From a virus (taxonomy: Duplodnaviria > Caudoviricetes), in IMG/VR virus record IMGVR_UViG_2595698868_000001, positions 128,001 to 192,000 of that record: DNA of 64,000 nucleotides; one strand, given 5' to 3'. The position numbers and the translations under genes were made by a program. This document shows, piece after piece, positions 25,619 through 34,968 of the stretch. The stretch's first letter is position 1; every line of letters begins with the position of its first letter. Below the pieces are notes generated by a model, which was not told the origin of the DNA, did not search any database, and worked only from the letters and a program-made list of their open reading frames with translations.

Positions 25619-26080
25619 CTAGACGCCGGCAGCGATCATCTGCTTCACGTCGTTGCCGTCGATCAGCGCCCGGCCGTGCTTCTCGATCAGGTACTTCATG
25701 ATCGGTCCGATCGCCTTGGGGGAGATCGTGACATCGGCGGCCACGGCGGCTTCCTGGATCGCACGGCGCAGGTCGTCGCCCTTGACCATCTTCGGCACGA
25801 GGCCTTGCAGCAGGGCCACCTTGGCGGTCAGGTCGAGCGCGATCGCCGAATCCCCCGGCAGTGGCGCGGTACCCGACTCAGGATCGCCGGCCAGCACCTT
25901 CTCGTAGGCCTTGATCTCGGCATAGATCGCCGTGAGGGCGTCATCGTCCGACGGCTCACGCAGCTTCGTCTTTGCGGCCGACTGAGCGTTCGACAGCACC
26001 ATCGACAGGAACGCCGCGTAGATGCCCTTTTCCTTGCGCTGTTCGAGCGAGGCGTCTTGCAGGTTTTTCAGGGTGCCCAT
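25619..26080 (-). CDS. YqeY/GatB-like tRNA-binding protein
   Basis: Helical 153 aa, LSMVLS..PSDDDAL..LVPKMV..KAIGPIMKYL..IDG. Confidence 0.65.
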   Translation of the reverse strand: MGTLKNLQDASLEQRKEKGIYAAFLSMVLSNAQSAAKTKLREPSDDDALTAIYAEIKAYEKVLAGDPESGTAPLPGDSAIALDLTAKVALLQGLVPKMVKGDDLRRAIQEAAVAADVTISPKAIGPIMKYLIEKHGRALIDGNDVKQMIAAGV

Positions 26081-26091
26081 GATATCCTCTT

Positions 26092-26661
26092 CTAGGCAGC
26101 CGCCGGCAGACGCTGATAGCTCTTCCAGACGGCGAGATCGTAGTCCGACGGAGTTTGACCCGCAGCGTCTGCCAGGGTCAGGAACTCCAATTCGAGGCGA
26201 CGGTACTCACGGGCTGATCCTGGTGTGACGAGAGGCGCTTCCACGCCGTTCGCTCGCAGGTGCTTCAGCACGTGAGTGTCGATCGCCGCGAGACGCTGGT
26301 CGGGACGGCTGTGCATGAGGAACATGCGCGCCGTCTTCGGCCCGACGCCGTGGATAGCCTCAAAGGCTTCCAGCGGGTCATTCCGCAGGTCTAGCTTAAG
26401 GCTCTCGACAAAGCAACGGTGAAGACGGGAATACTGGCCGAGGCGCGACTCCTGGAGACGCTCCATCAGTTCGCCATCGGTCCAAGATCGCGCCATGGCG
26501 TCGAAGGGGCGCTCATAAGGAGGAAGAGACCGGATGAAGTTTTCCAGCAGCCGGGCCTGCGTCGCGGCGGTCTTCCCCGCTACGACAGTGCAAAACAGCC
26601 AGAACTCTTCAAGTTCCGCGTCGGTGCGATCGTATTTGATGACGTCAGCGGGGTCGATCAC
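26092..26661 (-). CDS. HhH-GPD-type DNA glycosylase/lyase-like protein
   Basis: IHGVGPKTARMFLMHSR..AAIDTHVLK; GTG start at 26661. Confidence 0.8.
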   Translation of the reverse strand: MIDPADVIKYDRTDAELEEFWLFCTVVAGKTAATQARLLENFIRSLPPYERPFDAMARSWTDGELMERLQESRLGQYSRLHRCFVESLKLDLRNDPLEAFEAIHGVGPKTARMFLMHSRPDQRLAAIDTHVLKHLRANGVEAPLVTPGSAREYRRLELEFLTLADAAGQTPSDYDLAVWKSYQRLPAAA

Positions 26662-27845
26662 AGTACGCGCTCTTCCCCGTGCCACTTGGTAGCGACGCCC
26701 ATGCGCGGCACGCCGGCGCCGCCCTGAGTCAGGCCGAAATACTTGATCGTGACGATCTTGTGGTCCGCGTGCAGCAGATCGCGCAGCCACTGATCCTTCT
26801 TGCCCTTGATGCCGGCCTCGAACTCGCGACCGTCATCCATGGCGCAGACGACCCGCTTAGCGTAGCCGGCGTAGTTGCCCTTGCCTTCCTCGATACGCAG
26901 CACGGCGAACTCGGCGTCGTCGAACGTCTTGATCTTGATCACCGACCAGGAGCGCTTGGCCTTCTCGTACGGCAGGTGCAGGCGCCCGATGCCGCCCTCA
27001 TAGCCGTCCTCGACGGCCTGGGCGGTCAGTTCCAGCAGGTGCTCCTCACTTTCGACCTTCGTGGTCTTGACGCATTCGATCGGGTGCGCCCACAGGCCCA
27101 TATCGGCGAAAGTGGTGTAGAGTTCGTAGCTGCGGTAGCCGAAGCCCTCATGCTCGCCGGCGCCCGGATAATCGTAGATGTGGTACTGGACCTTGGCGAC
27201 GACCTCGGCGATATGTTCGTCGGTGATGCCCTTCTGCTTCTTCAGCAGCGAGCCGAGCTTCTCGAACTCGTCCTTGAGGTCGTGATTGTAGAGTTCGCCA
27301 TGCAGTACCGCGTCCGGGTAGCGTTCGAAGAACGGGACCAGGGCCTGGATGATGTGAGGCGCCGTCAGGATCGGCAGACCCTCGCGAGACTGAAGGCCCT
27401 TGGCGGTCGCGATGCAGCAGTAGCCGTCCAGCTTCGGCTGGAAGTAGACGCCGGTCTCCGTCGGGCCGAGCGCAGCGCCAGCCTTGGCGAGACGCGCGGT
27501 CCACTTCTCCCAGGTCGTGTCCTTCCAGCCCTCGGCGAGCATTGGCAGGTAGTTGCGCGGCGGGCCGTTGGCTTCCTCCGGCGTCTCGTAGTAGTCGCGA
27601 TCGAGCGCCTTCTTGTAGAGGGCGGCGACCTCCTTAATGGCCTGTTCTTCGGGCGTGGTTTGGGCCTTGCCCTTGCCCTTTGAGACGCATTCGGTCCAGG
27701 CGTTTTCGACCAGCGAGCCGCCGTCGAAGCCCGCGACCACGCGATGCTTGTGACCCTGGCGTTCCATGTACCAGACGCGCATCTTGCCGCTGGCGTCCTT
27801 CTTGTAGATTGGGCGTCCGCGCTCGATCGGCAGTTCTTCAGTCAT
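26658..27845 (-). CDS. ATP-dependent DNA ligase
   Basis: PMLA, QPKLDG, GELY, YHIYD, GYEGG, KIKTFDDAE. Confidence 0.92.
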   Translation of the reverse strand: MTEELPIERGRPIYKKDASGKMRVWYMERQGHKHRVVAGFDGGSLVENAWTECVSKGKGKAQTTPEEQAIKEVAALYKKALDRDYYETPEEANGPPRNYLPMLAEGWKDTTWEKWTARLAKAGAALGPTETGVYFQPKLDGYCCIATAKGLQSREGLPILTAPHIIQALVPFFERYPDAVLHGELYNHDLKDEFEKLGSLLKKQKGITDEHIAEVVAKVQYHIYDYPGAGEHEGFGYRSYELYTTFADMGLWAHPIECVKTTKVESEEHLLELTAQAVEDGYEGGIGRLHLPYEKAKRSWSVIKIKTFDDAEFAVLRIEEGKGNYAGYAKRVVCAMDDGREFEAGIKGKKDQWLRDLLHADHKIVTIKYFGLTQGGAGVPRMGVATKWHGEERVL

Positions 27846-27855
27846 GTCGTTTCCC

Positions 27856-28263
27856 CTATTGCGGCCACCACTTGATGGTGTACTCACCATCGGCCTCGAT
27901 CTCGATGTCACCCACCGGCACGCCGGCCTTGTGACAGATGTCCATCATGTTGAGCGTGCCGTTCCCTCCAGGGAACCCAAGGCATTCATCCACGACTGCC
28001 TGCTCGTCAAACATGCGCTGGTTACGATTGAACGGCGCCTTCTCGCGATAGCCGTCCAGGTCTCCACGGATCGGGACGCGCTTTTCACGATGCCCTCGGA
28101 ACACCGCCCATTGTCCGGCCCACTGATCCGTGTACACGGCGTCGCCGTGAACGATCGTGATCGGCTTGACCCAATCCTTGGATCGCTCATCCAGGATTCG
28201 CCACACGCGCCCCTTGGTCAGGTTCCGGCCGACACGTCCGCCGGCGACGATGACGACCGTCAT
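27856..28263 (-). CDS. SLOG-family (DUF2493/YspA-like) protein
   Basis: VIVAGGR, IVHGDA, RNQRM, FPGGNGTLNM. Confidence 0.8.
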   Translation of the reverse strand: MTVVIVAGGRVGRNLTKGRVWRILDERSKDWVKPITIVHGDAVYTDQWAGQWAVFRGHREKRVPIRGDLDGYREKAPFNRNQRMFDEQAVVDECLGFPGGNGTLNMMDICHKAGVPVGDIEIEADGEYTIKWWPQ

Positions 28264-28784
28264 CGGCGGCCTCCACCGTAGAAGTGGGAATCGTCGATGA
28301 ACTCGTTGGAGATCATGCGGGGTTCCGGGTACACACCGCCACCATAGGTGCGCATGCGCGCCGACGAGAAGCGTTGATGCTCGCGCTCCGCCAGCACCTT
28401 GCCCTCCAGCAGCGCCGTTGCCAGCCCTGCCAAAGTGGCGCCGTTGTCAGCTTCTCGCTGGAGTAGTGCTTGAAGTTCGACCAAGCGTTCGTCTAGGCAG
28501 GAGCCCTGCGCGCCCAGCCATTCTTTGATCCGAGCGGCGGACAGTGTGTAGACCTCACCTTCGAAGGCCCACGCCTCATCTCGTTCATCCCAGGTCCAGT
28601 CGACATCGTTGACGGCCGCCAGGACGCCCATCGGGTCGTAGGTGTTGTCGGCGCTGCGCAGAACACCGGCGCCGTCGAGGTAAGCGCCACTAGACAAGGC
28701 GCCGGCCCACATGACCCATGCGCTTTCGCACGGCTTGATCAAGTTGTAGAGCGAAGACAGTTCGATAGTGAGGGCCGACATCAA
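28260..28784 (-). CDS. hypothetical protein
   Basis: WAGALSSGAY..LRS..DPMGVL phage family-like pattern. Confidence 0.6.
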   Translation of the reverse strand: MMSALTIELSSLYNLIKPCESAWVMWAGALSSGAYLDGAGVLRSADNTYDPMGVLAAVNDVDWTWDERDEAWAFEGEVYTLSAARIKEWLGAQGSCLDERLVELQALLQREADNGATLAGLATALLEGKVLAEREHQRFSSARMRTYGGGVYPEPRMISNEFIDDSHFYGGGRR

Positions 28785-29518
28785 AAACGCTCCAGAGGGG
28801 TTTGAACGCGCGTGTGATCGCGAGACGCCATGTCAGCCCACGCCGCCATATCCTTGTAGGTCTTGAACCGGATATGGAATTCGTAGCTGCTATGCGGCGC
28901 CGGCCATCGGTAGGGGTCCGCCAGCAGTCTCGCTTCGAATTCAACCCCACGAAGCGAGAAGTCCAAGGTAACATTCAGGCCGTGCTGGACCGCCTGTCGG
29001 GCACTATAGAGAAGTTCACCGTTCTCGTAGTCTTTAATGGCCTTAACCTTGGCGAAGGATACAGTCTCGCAGCGTGGGCCGAAAATCCAATGAGCGGCAA
29101 GGTCTGCGTCGCGGAAATGGGGTCGAACGATTTCACCCGCGCAATAATGGGGCGTGCTCTGCATCGCTTCCATGAAGGCCTGAACGAAGTTGTAGTCTCC
29201 GTGACCGCCACGATACGAGGCTACATCTGCGATCATCCCCTTACCCATGCGATCAAGCTCTTTCTTAATATCAATCATCTGAAGCATGCACTGATCTAGA
29301 GTGGCGGGATCGAGGTATTTGATCTTAGGCACCACAGTCCAATCACACGCCGATTTACGATCGACGCGTGACTTGGCCTGATCTACTGCGTTAGGCGACC
29401 ACGCCGGCGGGATCAGATAGACGGGCTCCGGCTTGTCGTCGACCACGGCGAACTGCTTGATCCAATCGGCCCAATGAGGTCCCGTGGGGAATAATGCTGC
29501 TAGAGCCGAGGACGCCAT
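28781..29518 (-). CDS. hypothetical protein
   Basis: Coupled ORF, ATG at 29518. Confidence 0.6.
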   Translation of the reverse strand: MASSALAALFPTGPHWADWIKQFAVVDDKPEPVYLIPPAWSPNAVDQAKSRVDRKSACDWTVVPKIKYLDPATLDQCMLQMIDIKKELDRMGKGMIADVASYRGGHGDYNFVQAFMEAMQSTPHYCAGEIVRPHFRDADLAAHWIFGPRCETVSFAKVKAIKDYENGELLYSARQAVQHGLNVTLDFSLRGVEFEARLLADPYRWPAPHSSYEFHIRFKTYKDMAAWADMASRDHTRVQTPLERF

Positions 29519-30051
29519 CACGCCTCCGGGCGCCAGACGAACGGCTTGGTGTCTCGGGGAATGCGGTGGTGGCCTCGCGCGAGCGGATGCTTGGGATAGC
29601 CATCCTTGGTGACGCCGAAGCACATCACGTCTAGCCCGGTGCGCTCGATCATCTCGGCGACCTGCTCAGCGCGACCCAGATAGTCGCCGTTCGCGCCCCA
29701 GGCGGCGACCACCATGCCTCCGTACTCCGAGATCGATTCGAACAGTTCGTCCAGTGTGCGATCGTTGTCGGGTCCGATCGGATCAGCCGCCTGCTTCAAC
29801 ACCTTCGGATGCGGCGAGCGGAACGCGAATAGGTTGACGACACGGATCGACCCGAAGCCGTTGCGGCGCGCGAAGTCGATGCAGGCGAGGATCGTAGGGT
29901 CGTCCTTCTCGTGGTCAGCGGTGCTCGGATTGAGCATCACCCAGACCATCTCCGGGAGGCTATGATCCCAGCCTCGCACCAGATCGTAGCGGTAGGTCCC
30001 ACACAGGGACAGCGTAGCGGAGGTGTAGCGGGGCGCCGTCATGGCTGGCAA
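29518..30051 (-). CDS. DUF1643 family protein
   Basis: YRYDL.R.W, MLNPSTAD, VNLFAFRS, AAWG, PKHPL. Confidence 0.88.
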   Translation of the reverse strand: MPAMTAPRYTSATLSLCGTYRYDLVRGWDHSLPEMVWVMLNPSTADHEKDDPTILACIDFARRNGFGSIRVVNLFAFRSPHPKVLKQAADPIGPDNDRTLDELFESISEYGGMVVAAWGANGDYLGRAEQVAEMIERTGLDVMCFGVTKDGYPKHPLARGHHRIPRDTKPFVWRPEA

Positions 30052-30067
30052 TTAACGATGCGCCGTG

Positions 30068-30082
30068 TCGGCTGTCAACTCT
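30068..30082 (-). promoter_or_regulatory. phage promoter motif
   Basis: AGAGTTGACAGCCGA on minus strand. Confidence 0.65.
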
Positions 30083-30123
30083 TAAAGCGGAGGCCGGCAG
30101 CCCTAAGCTACTGCCGGCCTCGC
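30083..30123 (-). terminator. terminator-like hairpin
   Basis: GAGGCCGGCAG/CTGCCGGCCTC stem followed by TTT on minus strand. Confidence 0.55.
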
Positions 30124-30268
30124 TCCCAGGTCTTGCACCCCTTCGCCGGTTCGTCTTTCGACCCCGGAGCGCCCCGGAGGGATGCCAGTGTCCGCCCGTT
30201 GACCTGGGACGGATATCGGGTCCATCGGGCCATGATGAAGCCCTAGGGACTAGGAGTCCGGCGCTCCG
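30124..30268 (-). ncRNA. candidate pseudoknotted RNA
   Basis: Interleaved 9-bp helices CGGAGCGCC/GGCGCTCCG and TCCCAGGTC/GACCTGGGA in an intergenic gap. Confidence 0.4.
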
Positions 30269-30280
30269 AAACTCAATCTC

Positions 30281-30616
30281 TCATGCCAAGCCTGCGAAAC
30301 GCAAGACCGTCTTGAACAGTCGCGTGTGCAACGGCTTGGTGAGCTTTTCCCCAAACTGGTAGTTGCGCGTCGCTTCCCACCCCTCGGGATCGGCCGCCAG
30401 CAGGAATTCGGCATAGGCCCTGGGATCGACTTCCCAATAAGGTCCCTCAGGCGTACGCGGTGGGCGAATGTGGAAGCCCGTTGGGATATGGATAACCTGC
30501 CCGTCATCCGTCCATCCCAGAAGGTCATTCAGCACGGTGCCGCGTTTGCGGGCCTCGCCGAAATGGGTACGGATGAGCTTGCGCTGTTCCTGTACTGGCT
30601 TACTCGGTCGCGCCAT
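30281..30616 (-). CDS. hypothetical protein
   Basis: 111-aa ORF in operon. Confidence 0.6.
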   Translation of the reverse strand: MARPSKPVQEQRKLIRTHFGEARKRGTVLNDLLGWTDDGQVIHIPTGFHIRPPRTPEGPYWEVDPRAYAEFLLAADPEGWEATRNYQFGEKLTKPLHTRLFKTVLRFAGLA

Positions 30617-30851
30617 TCATCTTCGCCTGCTGGACCAGCCGTTCGTTCGCTTCCAGGAATTTGCGGGCGTCCGCCACACCTTCCTGAAGGCGATCCTCCG
30701 AGAAGTTGGACGGGGCGTCATTGATGCCCGCCATTGTCAGGGCGTTGATGACGTCCATCGTGTCGTACTCGCGAAACAGGGCACGGATCGCCGGCGGCGC
30801 GTCGTCGATGCGCTCATCGCTCAGCGCGGGATTTGCGCGGCCGTCAGTCAA
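30600..30851 (-). CDS. hypothetical protein
   Basis: 83-aa ORF in operon. Confidence 0.6.
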   Translation of the reverse strand: MTDGRANPALSDERIDDAPPAIRALFREYDTMDVINALTMAGINDAPSNFSEDRLQEGVADARKFLEANERLVQQAKMNGATE

Positions 30852-31287
30852 CGTCCAGGCCCTTCTCCTTGTCGATGCGGACGGCTTCGGCCACCGTTCC
30901 GCGCCGATAGTTGTTCCAGTGTTGGTTGTCGACGAAGCGATTGTTCGGACCGGTACGCATGATGTGCAGATTCTCGGGAATCTTCAGGCCGTGATCCTGC
31001 TGCGCCTCTTCGACCAGAGCGAAGAACTTCGCCTGCCAATCCGGCGGCATCTCCTGGAGGGAGAGGCGTGGGATCGCGAGCCAGGACGCGCGGGTCAAGC
31101 CGAAGAAGTAGTCGGCCGGCGGATCAAGCATGATCGCGCCGTCGAAGTTGTAATGCACGGGGAAACCATGCTCGTTGACGATGGAATGCGAGTGACGCAT
31201 CCAATCGTTCCAGCGATGATCGACGTAGTCTTTCGGTTGCTGGACGGTGCCGGCGTCTACGGTGACGGTTACGGGTGCGATGCCCAT
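30844..31287 (-). CDS. hypothetical protein
   Basis: FGLTRASWLAIPRLSLQEMPPDWQAKF phage family-like motif. Confidence 0.7.
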   Translation of the reverse strand: MGIAPVTVTVDAGTVQQPKDYVDHRWNDWMRHSHSIVNEHGFPVHYNFDGAIMLDPPADYFFGLTRASWLAIPRLSLQEMPPDWQAKFFALVEEAQQDHGLKIPENLHIMRTGPNNRFVDNQHWNNYRRGTVAEAVRIDKEKGLDVD

Positions 31288-31298
31288 CTGCGATCTCT

Positions 31299-31523
31299 CT
31301 AGTCCCAGCCGACAGCTTTACTGAGTTCAGGTGTCCAGCCTCCGGCCTCCCGGAAGCGCACCATAATACGGTCCATGATCGCGGCCTCACGCACTAGAGC
31401 CACCTCAAAATCGTGTTCGTCGCGGGCTACCGCCGACATGCCGGGAGACGGCAAGTGGCGCGCCCATTTCGCAAGCTGGAAGTGCGAGGCGGTTTCAACG
31501 GCGGTGAGTTCGGGATAGGTCAC
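31299..31523 (-). CDS. hypothetical protein
   Basis: RHLPSPG..GGWTPELSKAVGW. Confidence 0.6.
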   Translation of the reverse strand: MTYPELTAVETASHFQLAKWARHLPSPGMSAVARDEHDFEVALVREAAIMDRIMVRFREAGGWTPELSKAVGWD

Positions 31524-31705
31524 GGCTTCACCGGCGTGTAGTGGTAGCTGGTGTACTGGCTATCGCCGCCGGTCGTGCGGGTCAGCAAGCCGCGTTCAAC
31601 CAGATCGTCCGCCTCGCCGAGGTAGTCGGCGTTGTGATGCGAGTCGATGTAGAATGCGCCCGTCAGCATTTGCTTCTGGACGGTCGTGAGGTCTTCAGTG
31701 GTCAT
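31520..31705 (-). CDS. hypothetical protein
   Basis: ATG at 31705 overlapping upstream stop. Confidence 0.5.
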   Translation of the reverse strand: MTTEDLTTVQKQMLTGAFYIDSHHNADYLGEADDLVERGLLTRTTGGDSQYTSYHYTPVKP

Positions 31706-31896
31706 CGCAGTAGCGCCCACAGCAGCCAGCTTAACGAGGAGACCAGCGCCGCCAGTGTCCAGATGATGAACTTGATTCCGCCTCCGAAGGCGGTGAACCA
31801 AGGGTCATCATCCAGAAACGTCAGCCAGATAGCCACTCCGGCGGCGACCACGGTAATGATCAGCGGGAAGACCCACGTCTCGATATGAATGTCCAT
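31702..31896 (-). CDS. small membrane protein
   Basis: Two TM segments; RBS GGAGG. Confidence 0.6.
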   Translation of the reverse strand: MDIHIETWVFPLIITVVAAGVAIWLTFLDDDPWFTAFGGGIKFIIWTLAALVSSLSWLLWALLR

Positions 31897-31913
31897 GATC
31901 GCCGCCTCCAGGC

Positions 31914-32354
31914 TTAGAACGGGTCTTCGCCGGCAGCCTCGACGCGGGCGCTGGTCACCTTGGCGTCCTCGATCTCCAGCACGGCGCCATACGAGCGGCT
32001 CAGGTTGTCGCGGACGACCTGTTCGGCGCGATCCTGGGCTTCGACCAGCGTCAGGTTGTGCAGCGTGAACTGCATGCTGATCTCGCCTTCCTTGGCGGCG
32101 CCTTCTTCCTCGGTGAACGCGCGGAGATAGCTGCCGACCAGGGCGCCGGCGTCGTTGCGGGTGATGGTCAGCACGCCGCCCAGATAGTCAGCGGTCGCGG
32201 ACTTGGCCTTGGTATCGACAGTCCAGGCCGACTGCGAGATGTGCGGCTTCTTGCTGTCGGTAGTCACAGTGGCCTTGCCGTGGATCGGCGCCGGCTTGGC
32301 GATCGGCGCGGTTTCGACGGCGACCTCGGCCGCCTTGGTGTCATTGGTGCTCAT
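31914..32354 (-). CDS. hypothetical protein
   Basis: 146 aa, strong codon bias, RBS GAGGA. Confidence 0.7.
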   Translation of the reverse strand: MSTNDTKAAEVAVETAPIAKPAPIHGKATVTTDSKKPHISQSAWTVDTKAKSATADYLGGVLTITRNDAGALVGSYLRAFTEEEGAAKEGEISMQFTLHNLTLVEAQDRAEQVVRDNLSRSYGAVLEIEDAKVTSARVEAAGEDPF

Positions 32355-32365
32355 GGAGTCCTCGC

Positions 32366-33790
32366 TTACAGTTGAGCCGCGACGCGTTCGCGGATTTGGT
32401 TGAGAGTGTGGGCGTTGATGACCTCGGCGCCGTTATAGCGCGGCTCCAGAAGGTCAGCGATATCTTCGGCGTCATTGACGCGGTTGATGGTGTGGAACTC
32501 ACCTTCCTCGTCACGCAGCAGGGCGAATCGGCCGCGCTTCGATTGCTTGCCGGGATCGGTGATCGGGTCCTTGTAGATGTCGACGCGCTCGCCGTTGATC
32601 ACCATCTCCGAAGCCTTCATAGCCCAACGATTGGTATCGCGGTCCAGATCGGCGGTCATCAGCCCGCCGCCGGCGGCCGTGATGATGCTGTCCGGGGCGA
32701 TGCCCAGCGAGTCGGCGATCTCGAACGGCAGCATGTGCGTGTGTTCGTTCATGCCGTCGCCTTGCAGCACCTTGGCGCCGTACCGAATGACCTCGCGGCC
32801 CTTGCTGTTGCGGTCGGTGCCCAAGCCGTCGGCCAGGATTTGGATCACGCGCGGCAGGACGTCGCGCAGTTCGCCAGAGTCCGGACGAGCGACGAACGAG
32901 ATGCCCTTGTTGATGATCTCGTTTTGGTGATTGTTGACGGCCTTCTTGACGAACTCGAAGATGTTCCAGGTATCGCCGACGAGGCTCAGGATCGCGCCGG
33001 GATCGGTCGCGGCGATCGAGTTGGCGATGTAGTCGTCATCATTGTCGCGGCCGAACGAGCACGAGATCGAGTGCTCCGACGCCATGACCGAGAAGGCCGA
33101 CATCGGGTGGAAGTAGTAGTAGTTGGCTTCGCGCACCGCCGGGACGTTGTCCGAACCCTGGAAGTGGAACAGGTGAGCAATGCCGCCGATGACCGAATGG
33201 TCGTAGCCCATCGTGCCGCGCGACGAGAAATCAAGCAGAGCGAACGGCGACATCGGATTGTCGCTGTACTTGATCCAGTTGGCGTTGATGCGGCCGGTCA
33301 TCTCGAAGATGCGCGTGGCGATCGTGCAGGCCGTCCACAGGTCACGCAGGATCATCGTTTCGAGATAGCTGGTCAGCCAGGGCAGGCGCGGGTCCAGGTT
33401 CTCGATCGAGAACAGGGCGTTCTTGACCGGCACCACGAGGCCTTCCGGAACCGCCTTGATCAGGACCGGCAACTTGCCGCCGTATTCGTTCAGGATGATC
33501 TCCCAACCATCGCGGTTGAACGGCAGGCCGTGCGCCGGGCAGAACTGCGCGATCTCTTCGATGTTGTCGCGGGTGATCGGCTGGCCCAGCTTGGAATAGA
33601 GCAGACGCTGGAGGCCCGCGAACATGACGCGGCCGTAGCGCCCTCCTCGACTCTCGATGTAGCTGTAGACGGTCGTGGTGCCTTCGCGATAAAGGCGCCA
33701 GTGGCCGAACTTGTAGCTGTCGGTGTCGGCGATCAGGTTATAGGCGAGCGGCGGCAGATAGCCGGGCAGATTATCGTGGTCGATGATCAT
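32366..33790 (-). CDS. nadV: nicotinamide phosphoribosyltransferase (Nampt)
   Basis: DTDSYKFGH, YSYIESRGG, LDFSSRG, ASEHS, ARPDSG, QGDG, KDPITDPGKQSKRG. Confidence 0.95.
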   Translation of the reverse strand: MIIDHDNLPGYLPPLAYNLIADTDSYKFGHWRLYREGTTTVYSYIESRGGRYGRVMFAGLQRLLYSKLGQPITRDNIEEIAQFCPAHGLPFNRDGWEIILNEYGGKLPVLIKAVPEGLVVPVKNALFSIENLDPRLPWLTSYLETMILRDLWTACTIATRIFEMTGRINANWIKYSDNPMSPFALLDFSSRGTMGYDHSVIGGIAHLFHFQGSDNVPAVREANYYYFHPMSAFSVMASEHSISCSFGRDNDDDYIANSIAATDPGAILSLVGDTWNIFEFVKKAVNNHQNEIINKGISFVARPDSGELRDVLPRVIQILADGLGTDRNSKGREVIRYGAKVLQGDGMNEHTHMLPFEIADSLGIAPDSIITAAGGGLMTADLDRDTNRWAMKASEMVINGERVDIYKDPITDPGKQSKRGRFALLRDEEGEFHTINRVNDAEDIADLLEPRYNGAEVINAHTLNQIRERVAAQL

Positions 33791-33799
33791 GGGAGACCC

Positions 33800-34942
33800 C
33801 TAGAAGCTGGCGTGATGGGTGAGCATGTAGTCGATGATGTGGGCGTGGTCCTCGAAGGTCTCCTGCGGACGGATTTCCGAAGTGGCCTTCCAGTATGCGT
33901 CCTTGGCGTCATCCATGCCCTGGACCGGCGGGAAGCCCAGGCCGACCGGCAGGTCGAACAAGTAGGCTTCAGTGATCAGGTGACCGCGACGCGAACGGTT
34001 CGGATCGTCGAAGCGCTCGCCTCGGCCCACGAGGTAGCCGATCAGCTTGCGGATCGCTTCGATCACGAAGTCAGGCATCTGAGGTTGCGGTAGGTTGTGC
34101 TGCTCCGCCTTCTTGCAAGCGGCGAGCCACGTGCGCAGGAAGCCCAGGTTCTCCGGCGTGATGAAGAGCCCGGTTTCCTCGATCACTTCGCGGGCCGCGC
34201 CCCACAGCGTCTTCTCGCCGGCGTTGAGGAAGCCGCCCGGCAGGCCGCACATCCCGGTGCCCTCGGGGCCGCCGCGTTCGATCATCAGGATATGGTCGCC
34301 GTAGCGCACGACGCCGTCGACGGTCTGGAACGGTCCCTCGCCCCACTTCTTGCGGTAGGCGATCTCGGCCGCCAACTGCTTCATCAGGTAGGCGTAGACC
34401 GGCTTGTCGCGGAACTTGCGCAGGAAGTCGACCGTGGGTCGCGGCACATCGCGCCAATCGACCTCGTCGCTCCACGAGTCGAAGTCGACGTGGCCCGAGA
34501 AGAAGGCGCGGCGAATAGCGGTCGCATTGGTGCCGCTGTCGGAGACCGGGATATAGTCGTACGCGGGAAACCACGTCAGGTACTCGCTGGTCGCATCGCG
34601 GATGTTGCCGACCAACGAGTAGCGAGGCCGCAGGGCGCTCGACGCCGAACGCATGACCATCTGGACTTGCTCGATCCAGGCCTTCTTGTTGTAAGGCGTG
34701 TCATCGAGCGGAGCGATGCGGATGCGGTGAGCCTCGTCCGGGAAGCGCTCAGCGATACATTGGCGCAGCACTTCCTCACGCTCTTCGAAGGTGAAGGGAT
34801 TGCGGGTGTCACGCGCCACGTTACGCGACCCGATCATCACCTGGACGATCTGCGCCTTCTCCAGACCCTTCTGGATGTTGCGCAAGTGTCCATCCTGGAC
34901 GCCCTGAAGGCGGCCGATGAACCCGGCGACGTCATATTTCAT
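33800..34942 (-). CDS. nadM: bifunctional NMN adenylyltransferase / Nudix ADP-ribose pyrophosphatase
   Basis: FIGRLQGVQDGH, RNPFTFEER, NATAIR, Nudix box LPGGFLNAGEKTLWGAAREVIEETG, FEDH. Confidence 0.92.
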   Translation of the reverse strand: MKYDVAGFIGRLQGVQDGHLRNIQKGLEKAQIVQVMIGSRNVARDTRNPFTFEEREEVLRQCIAERFPDEAHRIRIAPLDDTPYNKKAWIEQVQMVMRSASSALRPRYSLVGNIRDATSEYLTWFPAYDYIPVSDSGTNATAIRRAFFSGHVDFDSWSDEVDWRDVPRPTVDFLRKFRDKPVYAYLMKQLAAEIAYRKKWGEGPFQTVDGVVRYGDHILMIERGGPEGTGMCGLPGGFLNAGEKTLWGAAREVIEETGLFITPENLGFLRTWLAACKKAEQHNLPQPQMPDFVIEAIRKLIGYLVGRGERFDDPNRSRRGHLITEAYLFDLPVGLGFPPVQGMDDAKDAYWKATSEIRPQETFEDHAHIIDYMLTHHASF

Positions 34943-34968
34943 GTCGGTGGAACGGGGTTGAGCGGGCA

